From assembly GCF_000022265.1 (NCBI RefSeq), contig NC_011979.1, forward strand, positions 3,780,001 to 3,812,000: a stretch of 32,000 nucleotides of DNA, given 5' to 3'. Made by a program: the position numbers and the translations under genes. Positions 16,523-24,189 of the stretch are shown piece after piece. Positions within the stretch are counted from its first letter, which is position 1. Each line of letters opens with the position of its first letter. Below the pieces are notes generated by a model, which was not told where the DNA came from, did not search any database, and saw only the letters and a program-made list of their open reading frames with translations. The stretch is from Geotalea daltonii FRC-32 (lineage in GTDB: Bacteria; Desulfobacterota; Desulfuromonadia; Geobacterales; Geobacteraceae).

Positions 16523-17584
16523 ATGATCAAGACCAACAACCTGAAAATCAAGAGCATTACCCCCATCATCGCCCCCACCGATCTGCGGCAGGTATTTCCC
16601 CTTTCCATCGAAGCCAGTGAATTCGTCAGCGCCAGCCGGGAAAGCATCAAGAACATCCTGCACGGCAAGGATCCACGCCTGATGGTGGTGGTCGGGCCAT
16701 GTTCCATCCATGATCCCAAAGGGGCGCTTGAGTATGGGGCAAAGCTGGCCAAGCTTTCTGCCGAAGTTTCAGATCAGTTGCTCCTCATCATGCGAGTGTA
16801 TTTTGAAAAGCCGCGAACCACCGTCGGCTGGAAGGGGCTGATCAACGACCCTGACATGAACGGCACCCACCTCATTTCCAAGGGGCTCGGCACTGCCAGA
16901 AGGCTATTGACCGAGATTATCACCATGAAAATACCGGTCGCCACCGAAATGCTCGATCCTATTACCCCTGAATACCTGGCCGACCATCTCTCCTGGGGGG
17001 CCATCGGAGCACGCACCACTGAATCCCAGACCCACCGCGAACTGGCCAGCGGACTTTCCTTTCCCATCGGTTTCAAGAACGGCACTGATGGTAATCTGCA
17101 GATCGCCATAGACGCCATGATCGCAGCAAGACATTCCCACAGCTTCCTGGGCATCAACCGGGAGGGGCTTACTTCCATCGTCCAGACCACCGGCAATCCA
17201 GACGTACACATGGTCCTGCGGGGTGGAAGAAAACCAAACTATTCTCCCGAAGATATCCGCAATACCGAAGAAAAGCTCAAAGCCGCCGGTCTCCTGCCGA
17301 CCATCATGATCGACTGCAGCCACGGCAACTCCGAGAAAAACCATGAAAAACAGCCCATGGTGCTGGAAAGTGTTGTCCAGCAGATTGCTGCAGGCAACAC
17401 CTCTATTTCCGGGGTGATGATCGAAAGCTATCTGGAGGGGGGAAATCAAGCGATGCCAAAGGATATTTCCCAACTGAAGTACGGCGTATCCATCACCGAC
17501 AAATGCATAGACTGGCAGACTACCGAGACTATCCTGCGCAAGGCACACGCCAGCCTCAAGGCCTGTGGCGGGAGAAAACGGTGA
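16523..17584 (+). CDS. aroG: 3-deoxy-7-phosphoheptulonate (DAHP) synthase, class I alpha (the aroF/G/H paralog cannot be resolved)
   Basis: It has GPCSIHD, KPRTTVGWKGLINDP and IDCSHGNS, and is 353 aa long. Confidence 0.95.
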   Translation: MIKTNNLKIKSITPIIAPTDLRQVFPLSIEASEFVSASRESIKNILHGKDPRLMVVVGPCSIHDPKGALEYGAKLAKLSAEVSDQLLLIMRVYFEKPRTTVGWKGLINDPDMNGTHLISKGLGTARRLLTEIITMKIPVATEMLDPITPEYLADHLSWGAIGARTTESQTHRELASGLSFPIGFKNGTDGNLQIAIDAMIAARHSHSFLGINREGLTSIVQTTGNPDVHMVLRGGRKPNYSPEDIRNTEEKLKAAGLLPTIMIDCSHGNSEKNHEKQPMVLESVVQQIAAGNTSISGVMIESYLEGGNQAMPKDISQLKYGVSITDKCIDWQTTETILRKAHASLKACGGRKR

Positions 17585-17648
17585 TTGGTTATTGGTGATT
17601 GGTTATTGGTGATTGGTGATTGGTTATTGGTTATTAGTGATTGGTGAT
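17583..17648 (+). repeat. Tandem heptamer array (G/T)ATTGGT, 9.4 copies, beginning inside the aroG stop codon
   Basis: The units read directly are GATTGGT TATTGGT GATTGGT TATTGGT GATTGGT GATTGGT TATTGGT TATTAGT GATTGGT GAT. Confidence 0.95.
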
Positions 17649-17686
17649 AAAAAAGCCCCGCTGGGAATTCCCGCGGGGCTTTTTTT
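17649..17686. terminator. Bidirectional intrinsic terminator shared by convergent aroG and serA
   Basis: A6-AGCCCCGC-t-GGG-AATT-CCC-GCGGGGCT-T7. The stem is ~11 bp with one bulge. An A-tract lies upstream and a T-tract downstream, so the element reads as a terminator on both strands. Confidence 0.8.
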
Positions 17687-17703
17687 CACCATTCACCATT
17701 CAC
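17687..17703 (-). repeat. Tandem heptamer GAATGGT (serA mRNA sense), 2.4 copies, between the serA stop and the terminator
   Basis: The plus strand reads CACCATT CACCATT CAC. The minus strand reads GTGAATGGTGAATGGTG. The unit differs by 1 nt from the array on the other side of the hairpin. Confidence 0.7.
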
Positions 17704-17710
17704 TGTTTCT

Positions 17711-19333
17711 TCAGGCGCAGCAGCCCCGATTGCACTTCACCGTGCGCATGTGGATGGCACGGATATAAGTGGCATCAATGGCTGTTTTCATTTCCTCAAC
17801 AACCTCAGGCGGCACTGCAGAGTCCAGGGAAAGGATGACCATCGCTTCCCCCTTTTTCTCCCGGCGTCCCAGATTCATTGAGGCTATGTTAATGCCATGG
17901 GTGCCCATGATGGTGCCGATCTGGCCGATCATGCCCGGACGATCGGTGTAATTGAGAAGCAGCATGTGCTCGTCGGGAGCAAAATCCATGGAATAATCCC
18001 GCAGACGGACAATACGCGGTGCTCCCTCGAAAAGAGTACCGGAAACCGTGCGGCGTTTTCCCCCCTCCACTTCGACAATCAGGGTGATCAGGTTGGAGAA
18101 GGCCCCGGCCTGGGTCGATTTGGTCTCCTCTACGACAATGCCCATCTGCTCTGCAACAAGACTGGCATTGACCAGATTGACGTCCTGGTCCACCCGGCGA
18201 TTGAGTAGTGCCGAAAGGCCACAGACGCTGAGGGGAGAGCAGTCGTAATGGGCAATATTGCCAGAATAACTGAAGATAACCTTGGCTATGTTGGTGTCCA
18301 CCAGCTGGATACCGAAGTCGGAGAGCACGCTCATCAGGTTGAGGAACGGACGCATCTGGTCCATGAGCGCCATATCGAAACGGGGAATGTTGACGGCATT
18401 CTCCAGGGGCTGTTCATCCAGATAGTTGAGGATCTCCTTGGATACGTCGACCGCTACGTTGATCTGGGCTTCGAAAGTGTTGGCACCCAAATGTGGCGTC
18501 ACAACCAACCTTTCCTGGGAAATCAGTTCTTTGAGCACTTCGCTTTTTGGCGGCTCTTCGCTCCACACATCCATGGCAGCGCCATAGACCTTACCGCTTT
18601 TAAGGGCATTTAAAAGCGCCCCTTCAGTGATAATGCCGCCGCGGGCAGCATTGATCAGAATAACGCCGTGCTTCATCATGGAAAGCTCCCGCTCTCCTAT
18701 CATGTTGCGGGTCTCATCGTTCAAGGGTGTATGCAAGGTGATGATGTCGCAGTTCTTGTAGATCTCATCGTGGGATACCAGCTTCACACCAAGATCATGG
18801 GCGCGTTTGGCGGCAATGTAAGGATCGCAGGCGAAGACTTCGCATTCAAAGGCCTTGAGCCTGGTAGCGACCCGGCCGCCAACCTTGCCCAGACCAATGA
18901 CTCCTGCGGTTTTCCCTTTCAGCTCGACACCGGTGAAGGGGGCGCGTTTCCATTCGCCGTTTTTCAGGCTTGCGTTGGCCTTGGTAATATTGCGGCAGAA
19001 GGCGAGCAACAGAGCCATGGCATGCTCGGCGGCACTGTTGGTATTGCCGAATGGCGCATTGACAACGATGACCCCTTTGGAGCTGGCGTAATCCACGTCC
19101 ACGTTGTCGATACCGACTCCTGCCCTGGCCACCATTTTCAGATTTCTGCCTGCATCCAGCAGGTCCTTGTCCACGGTGGTTCCGCTGCGGGTGATAATCA
19201 CCTCGTAGTCGCCGATAAGTGCCAGCAACTCCTCTTTTTTCAGGCCGAGACGAATATCCAGCTCCACCCGTGGATCTTTCTTCAGCAGCTCCAACCCTTC
19301 CTGCGCCACCTCGTCTGTTACGATAACCTTCAT
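17711..19333 (-). CDS. serA: D-3-phosphoglycerate dehydrogenase (long form with ASB and ACT domains)
   Basis: It has the NAD-binding motif GVIGLGKVGGRVA, a 2-hydroxyacid dehydrogenase catalytic region and a C-terminal ACT-like segment. It is 540 aa long. A GGAAGGAAAG RBS is present. Confidence 0.93.
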   Translation of the reverse strand: MKVIVTDEVAQEGLELLKKDPRVELDIRLGLKKEELLALIGDYEVIITRSGTTVDKDLLDAGRNLKMVARAGVGIDNVDVDYASSKGVIVVNAPFGNTNSAAEHAMALLLAFCRNITKANASLKNGEWKRAPFTGVELKGKTAGVIGLGKVGGRVATRLKAFECEVFACDPYIAAKRAHDLGVKLVSHDEIYKNCDIITLHTPLNDETRNMIGERELSMMKHGVILINAARGGIITEGALLNALKSGKVYGAAMDVWSEEPPKSEVLKELISQERLVVTPHLGANTFEAQINVAVDVSKEILNYLDEQPLENAVNIPRFDMALMDQMRPFLNLMSVLSDFGIQLVDTNIAKVIFSYSGNIAHYDCSPLSVCGLSALLNRRVDQDVNLVNASLVAEQMGIVVEETKSTQAGAFSNLITLIVEVEGGKRRTVSGTLFEGAPRIVRLRDYSMDFAPDEHMLLLNYTDRPGMIGQIGTIMGTHGINIASMNLGRREKKGEAMVILSLDSAVPPEVVEEMKTAIDATYIRAIHMRTVKCNRGCCA

Positions 19334-19365
19334 TGCTCTTTCCTTCCTTTGTTTAAATCAATCTC

Positions 19366-19380
19366 CGAACTTCGAACTTT
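19366..19380 (-). repeat. Two copies of heptamer AAGTTCG (mRNA sense) overlapping the trpF stop codon
   Basis: The plus strand reads CGAACTT CGAACTT T. The minus strand reads TAA-AGTTCGAAGTTCG. It is the exact reverse complement of 22567-22581. Confidence 0.6.
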
Positions 19381-20002
19381 ACATAGAACCTAAACATTCC
19401 TTGGCCCGCTGGATGAACTGCCGCACCTTTTCCGGGTCCTTGACCCGGTGGGCCGCTTCCACACCGCTTGAGACATCGACCCCGTATGGAGACACGTAGT
19501 GGACGGCTTCTGCCACATTTTCCGGGGTCAGGCCTCCCGCAAGGATGATCGGACCGAACTTCTTGGCAATCAATGCCGTATCCCAGTTGAAGGTGACACC
19601 AGTACCGCCGAAGGCCTTTGGTGACCAGGCATCCAGCAGATATCCGGCCACATTGTATTCATCCATGTGGTCCAGGCTGGTGATGTCCTTGATTCGGAAA
19701 GCCTTGATAACACGCCTGTTGACCGCGGCGCAGAATTCCTGTGGCTCATCGCCATGGAGCTGCACCACATCCAGACGACAGCGGTCGGTAACGGTATTGA
19801 TAAAATCAAGGGGCGCATGGACAAACAGGCCCACCACCTGGACAAACGGTGGAAGCACCCTGATAATTTCAGCTGCCTGGGCCGGCTCAAGATTACGGGG
19901 GGATTGATCGTAAAAAACAAAACCAAGGGCATCGGCGCCAGCTTCCACCGCCATCATGGCATCGGCAACAGTGGTTATACCGCAGATTTTCACCTTTGTC
20001 AT
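19379..20002 (-). CDS. trpF: Phosphoribosylanthranilate isomerase
   Basis: It begins MTKVKICGIT, contains FGGTG and is 207 aa long. Its position in the trp cluster supports the call. Confidence 0.92.
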   Translation of the reverse strand: MTKVKICGITTVADAMMAVEAGADALGFVFYDQSPRNLEPAQAAEIIRVLPPFVQVVGLFVHAPLDFINTVTDRCRLDVVQLHGDEPQEFCAAVNRRVIKAFRIKDITSLDHMDEYNVAGYLLDAWSPKAFGGTGVTFNWDTALIAKKFGPIILAGGLTPENVAEAVHYVSPYGVDVSSGVEAAHRVKDPEKVRQFIQRAKECLGSM

Positions 20003-20069
20003 TTGTGTATACCCTCAGGAATATGCTGATGCTTTATTGTAACACAAGTCAGAACTGTCCCTGAACCTG

Positions 20070-20873
20070 CTACTCGGTGAGAAGCTCCCGCAGCTTCGCC
20101 CCCATATCCGGCTCCCGCATCAGCGACTCCCCGATGAGAAAAGCACCAGCGCCGGCATGCTGCAGACGAATCACATCTGCCCTGAAATGAATACCGCTCT
20201 CCGCCACAATCAGCCTCTCCGGCGGAACCAGCGGAGCGAGCCCTTCCGTAACGGCAAGGTCACAGACGAAGGTTCGCAGATCCCGGTTGTTGATGCCGAT
20301 CAGGGTGCAGTCGGTTTCAAGTGCCGTTTCCAGCTCGGCCCGGTCGTGGACCTCAAGCAGCACGTCAAGGGACAACTCTTTTGCCAGGGCCGACAAGCCC
20401 CGCAACTGGTGAATATCGAGCATGGCAGCGATGAGAAGAACCGCATCAGCTCCGGCAGCACGGGCCTCATAGATCTGGTATGGGTCAAAGATAAAATCCT
20501 TGCGCAGCAGGGGTAAGCCCACCTGCTCACGAATAAGAGCCAGATAGCTCAAGTGTCCCAGGAAAAAATGTTCTTCGGTCAGCACCGACAGGCAGGCGGC
20601 GCCATTTTTTTCATAAACGGCAGCAATCTCCACCGGATCGAAATCGGCCCGGATCAAGCCTTTTGACGGAGAACCCTTCTTGACTTCGGCGATGATGGCG
20701 GTCCAGCCGGATTCGCCTGCATTTCTCAATGCCTGCTCAAATCCCCGCGGCTGGTCTTCCAGGTCGGCAAGGCGCGCCTGCACCTCCGCCAGAGGCCTTG
20801 CCCCTTTCACGGCAGCAAGCTCCATCTTTTTATGGGCGACTATTTTCTTCAGAATGTCCGGTGCATCAGCCAT
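20070..20873 (-). CDS. trpC: Indole-3-glycerol phosphate synthase
   Basis: It has IIAEVKKGSPSKGLI, LRKDFI, GINNRDL and ESGI. Confidence 0.95.
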   Translation of the reverse strand: MADAPDILKKIVAHKKMELAAVKGARPLAEVQARLADLEDQPRGFEQALRNAGESGWTAIIAEVKKGSPSKGLIRADFDPVEIAAVYEKNGAACLSVLTEEHFFLGHLSYLALIREQVGLPLLRKDFIFDPYQIYEARAAGADAVLLIAAMLDIHQLRGLSALAKELSLDVLLEVHDRAELETALETDCTLIGINNRDLRTFVCDLAVTEGLAPLVPPERLIVAESGIHFRADVIRLQHAGAGAFLIGESLMREPDMGAKLRELLTE

Positions 20874-20887
20874 GAATGATCCGCCTG

Positions 20888-21940
20888 CTATGCGTTGGTC
20901 AGCGCCTTGAGTTTTTCCAGCTTTGCCAGTGCTGCTCCGGAATCTAGCGCCTCGACGGCCAGTTTCACCCCTTCGGCCGGGTTCGCCGCCCTGCCGGCGG
21001 CCACAAGTCCGAAAGCAGCATTGATAAGGACCACGTCACGCTTGGGTCCTTTCTCCCCTTCAAGAATGCCCCGCACCGTTACCGCGTTGGCCACGGCATC
21101 CCCGCCGCGCAGATCGTCCATGGTACAGCGAGCGAACCCCAGGTCTTCCGGCTTGAACAGCCAGGCCTTCACTTCTTCGGGAGTTACCTCAGCCATGCGT
21201 GTTTCCGTGGTCAGGGTGATCTCGTCCATACCGTCCATGCCATAAACGACAAAGCCGCGTCGGCAGCCGAGATTTTTCAGGACATGGGCCAGTTTTTCAA
21301 CTAACTCTTCCCGATAGACCCCCAGCACTTGGCATGGTGCCCCGGCCGGATTGGTCAGTGGGCCGAGAATATTGAAGATGGTGCGGATGCCGATTTCCTT
21401 GCGCGGGCCGATGGCAAATTTCATGGCGCCGTGCAGAGCCGGGGCGTAGAGAAAACCGATCCCCGCCTCATTGATGCAGTTTTCAACGGTTTCCGGCGTC
21501 ACTTCAAGGCTTATTCCCAGCGCTTCCACCACATCGGCGCTGCCGCAAGCCGAAGAAACGGAACGGTTGCCGTGCTTGGCGACCTTGACGCCGCAGGCGG
21601 CAACGACGAAGGAAACGGTGGTGGAAATATTGAAGGTGTTGGTTCCATCGCCGCCGGTACCAACCACATCCAGGATGGTTTCCAGGTCGATGTTGATGTC
21701 GTCACGATCCAGGTCGAGCACGTTTTTGCCTACTCTGATCCGGGTTGCCCGGTCACGCATCACCCGTGCGGCACCGGCGATTTCAGCCACCGTCTCCCCC
21801 TTCATACGCAAAGCAGTGATAAATGCCGCAATCTGTGCCGGTGTCGCCTCACCGGACATGATCTGGTCCATGACCTGGATCATCTCTGACTGGGAGAGAT
21901 CCTCCCGTTCCACTACCCGTGCTATCGCTTTCTTAATCAT
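20888..21940 (-). CDS. trpD: Anthranilate phosphoribosyltransferase
   Basis: It has [16 protein letters not shown] and KHGNRSVSS, and is 350 aa long. Confidence 0.95.
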   Translation of the reverse strand: MIKKAIARVVEREDLSQSEMIQVMDQIMSGEATPAQIAAFITALRMKGETVAEIAGAARVMRDRATRIRVGKNVLDLDRDDINIDLETILDVVGTGGDGTNTFNISTTVSFVVAACGVKVAKHGNRSVSSACGSADVVEALGISLEVTPETVENCINEAGIGFLYAPALHGAMKFAIGPRKEIGIRTIFNILGPLTNPAGAPCQVLGVYREELVEKLAHVLKNLGCRRGFVVYGMDGMDEITLTTETRMAEVTPEEVKAWLFKPEDLGFARCTMDDLRGGDAVANAVTVRGILEGEKGPKRDVVLINAAFGLVAAGRAANPAEGVKLAVEALDSGAALAKLEKLKALTNA

Positions 21941-21947
21941 AACGTCC

Positions 21948-21975
21948 CCTCACTCTTCACCCTTCACTCTTCACG
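21948..21975 (-). repeat. Tandem heptamer array GAAG(A/G)GT (mRNA sense), about 4 copies, filling the trpG-trpD junction
   Basis: The minus strand reads gcGTGAAGAGTGAAGGGTGAAGAGTGAGGGGacgttATG. The plus-strand units are CCTCACT CTTCACC CTTCACT CTTCACG. The array contains the trpG TGA stop. Confidence 0.8.
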
Positions 21976-22552
21976 CTTGCCGTCCCCGGCTCATCTCCAG
22001 GAAATTACGCAGAATCTCCCTGCCCCCCACAGTCAGGATCGATTCGGGATGAAACTGCACCCCCCAGATGGGAAACTCCCGGTGCCTCAGCCCCATGATG
22101 TTGCCATCCTCAACCCAGGCCGTCACCTCCAGACAATCGGGAAGCGAAGTTCGCTCCACCACCAGGGAATGATAACGGGTCGCCTCGAAGGGGTTGGTAA
22201 GCCCCTTGAACAGCCCCTTGCCATCGTGGTGTATCTGGGATGTCTTGCCGTGCATCAGGTAATCACAGCGGATTACCTTGCCGCCGAAGGCAGCACCGAT
22301 GGACTGATGGCCAAGGCAGACGCCGAACAAGGGGATTTTCCCGGCAAAATGCCTGATCGCGGGAAGAGATATGCCCGCTTCAACCGGCGTGCACGGTCCG
22401 GGGGAAATGACAATTTGCTCCGGCTTCAGCCGCTCGATCTCTTCAAGGGTAACCCTGTCGTTACGAAAGACCTGCACCTCCTCGCCCAATTCACCAAAGT
22501 ACTGGACCAGGTTGTAGGTAAATGAATCATAGTTGTCGATCATCAGCAGCAT
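21971..22552 (-). CDS. trpG: Anthranilate synthase component II (glutamine amidotransferase)
   Basis: It has the class I GATase triad context GVCLGHQ and VQFHPES, and is 193 aa long. Confidence 0.93.
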   Translation of the reverse strand: MLLMIDNYDSFTYNLVQYFGELGEEVQVFRNDRVTLEEIERLKPEQIVISPGPCTPVEAGISLPAIRHFAGKIPLFGVCLGHQSIGAAFGGKVIRCDYLMHGKTSQIHHDGKGLFKGLTNPFEATRYHSLVVERTSLPDCLEVTAWVEDGNIMGLRHREFPIWGVQFHPESILTVGGREILRNFLEMSRGRQA

Positions 22553-22566
22553 GTGGCTTCCTTCGG

Positions 22567-22616
22567 AAAGTTCGAAGTTCGAGGTTCGAGGTTCGAGGTT
22601 CGAGGTCTAAAGTTCA
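22567..22616 (-). repeat. Tandem heptamer array in the trpE-trpG spacer: plus strand AAGTTCG x2, AGGTTCG x3, then 2 degenerate units (mRNA sense CGAAC[CT]T)
   Basis: Read directly from the sequence: aAAGTTCG AAGTTCG AGGTTCG AGGTTCG AGGTTCG AGGTCTA AAGTTCA. The array occupies 50 of the 73 spacer bp. Confidence 0.9.
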
Positions 22617-22625
22617 CTTACCAGG

Positions 22626-24101
22626 TTATTCCAGGCCCAGCTCCACTGTTTCTATGGCCTTGACCACCGCCATGGACTTGTTGACAGTCTCCTGGTATTC
22701 GGCTGCGGGCACCGAGTCGGCGACTATGCCGGCCCCGGCCTGCAGATGCACCATGCCATCCTTGATCACCAGCGTCCTGATGGCTATGGCCAGATCCATG
22801 TTGCCCGAAAAAGAGAAGTAACCCACGGCGCCGCCGTAAACTTCACGCCGCACCGGCTCCAGCTCGTTGATGATCTCCATGGCCCTGACTTTCGGCGCTC
22901 CGGAAAGTGTCCCGGCGGGAAATGTCGCCCGCACAACGTCAAAGGCATCCTTCCCCTCCTCCAGATCCCCCTGCACATTGGAAACGATGTGCATGACGTG
23001 GGAATAGCGTTCCACCACCATCAGTTCGGAAACCTGAACGGTGCCGGTTCTGCAGACCCGTCCCAGGTCGTTTCTCCCCAGATCCACCAGCATAACATGT
23101 TCGGCCCGCTCCTTTGGATCGGCGAGCATCTCCTCTTCCATGGCCAGATCTTCTTCCCCTGTCTTTCCCCTCGGCCTGGTGCCGGCAATGGGGCGAAGTT
23201 CAACCCGGCTGCCTTCCCTGCGCACCATGACCTCCGGTGAAGCCCCCACCACCAGCGTGTCGTCCAGACGGAGAAAAAACATGTACGGAGAAGGGTTGAG
23301 GGTCCGTAGCACCCGGTAGATGTCCAGTGGGTCAACGGTCAGCTCTGCCGAAAAGCGCTGGGACAGCACTACCTGAAAAATGTCCCCCGCCCGCACGTAT
23401 TCCTTGCTTTTTTCCACAGCCTTTTCAAAATCATCCCTGCTGATGCCGGACTTGAAAGAGCATTTTTTTGCCGGGGAGGCAGAAACCTGTGCCGGTAGCG
23501 GTGTTTTCAGCTTTCTGATGAGTGCATCGATCTTTGCCGTCGCCTCTGCATAGGCGGCCTCCACCGTTTTGCCGTTGTCCAGATGGGCATTGGAAACGAT
23601 CTTGATCTTTTGGCTGACATTGTCGAAGATGAGAATGGTGTCGGTGATGACGAAGTAGGAATCGTAGGCGCCGATGACTGCGGGTTTTGCCGCCGGCAGT
23701 TCTTCAAAATGGCGCACCATGTCATAGCCCAGGTAACCGACGGCCCCGCCGAAAAAACGTGGAACACCCTCGATCATGACCGGCTGATAACGGCTGAGGT
23801 GATCACGGACAAAACCGAGCGGGTCGGCACAGGTCAACTGCCGGGCAGTACCGTCTTCGATAATTTCCACATCATTGCCGATGGTACGGATGACAACGGA
23901 AGGATTGGAGCCGAGGAAGGTATAACGTGCCCATTTCTCCCCCCCTTCGATACTCTCCAGTAGAAATGCATATTTGCCGTCGTCAATCTTCTTGAAGGCG
24001 CTGACCGGGGTATCAAGATCGGCCATGATCTCCCGGTAGACGGGGATAAGATTGCCCTTTTCGGCAAGGGTGCGGAATGCGGCTAAATCGGGGTAATACA
24101 T
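22626..24101 (-). CDS. trpE: Anthranilate synthase component I
   Basis: It has LLESIEGGEKWARY, the chorismate-binding region GAVGYFSFSGNMDLAIAIRT and GAGIVADS. It is 491 aa long. Confidence 0.95.
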   Translation of the reverse strand: MYYPDLAAFRTLAEKGNLIPVYREIMADLDTPVSAFKKIDDGKYAFLLESIEGGEKWARYTFLGSNPSVVIRTIGNDVEIIEDGTARQLTCADPLGFVRDHLSRYQPVMIEGVPRFFGGAVGYLGYDMVRHFEELPAAKPAVIGAYDSYFVITDTILIFDNVSQKIKIVSNAHLDNGKTVEAAYAEATAKIDALIRKLKTPLPAQVSASPAKKCSFKSGISRDDFEKAVEKSKEYVRAGDIFQVVLSQRFSAELTVDPLDIYRVLRTLNPSPYMFFLRLDDTLVVGASPEVMVRREGSRVELRPIAGTRPRGKTGEEDLAMEEEMLADPKERAEHVMLVDLGRNDLGRVCRTGTVQVSELMVVERYSHVMHIVSNVQGDLEEGKDAFDVVRATFPAGTLSGAPKVRAMEIINELEPVRREVYGGAVGYFSFSGNMDLAIAIRTLVIKDGMVHLQAGAGIVADSVPAAEYQETVNKSMAVVKAIETVELGLE

Positions 24102-24160
24102 TGGAGCCCCCGTGGACAGGGTGAGGATGTGGTAGCGCTCTGATTAAAACGGAAAGGATT

Positions 24161-24189
24161 TAAATAGCATAGAGGCCGGAAGGTGTCAA
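24161..24189 (-). promoter_or_regulatory. Sigma70-type promoter of the trp operon; the -35 overlaps the kinase stop codon
   Basis: The minus strand reads TTGACA (24189..24184)-N17-TATTTA (24166..24161). This leaves a 5' UTR of ~55 nt with no leader ORF. Confidence 0.45.

Noticed and set aside
17583-17648. The tandem repeat as a CRISPR array or a coding repeat
   Set aside because: The units are 7 nt with no spacers. All frames are closed by TGA, so the array cannot be translated. It lies between a stop codon and a terminator.
24102-24160. A trp leader peptide, attenuator or T-box upstream of trpE
   Set aside because: The UTR of ~55 nt has no ORF with Trp codons, no terminator or antiterminator hairpins, and no T-box specifier architecture.
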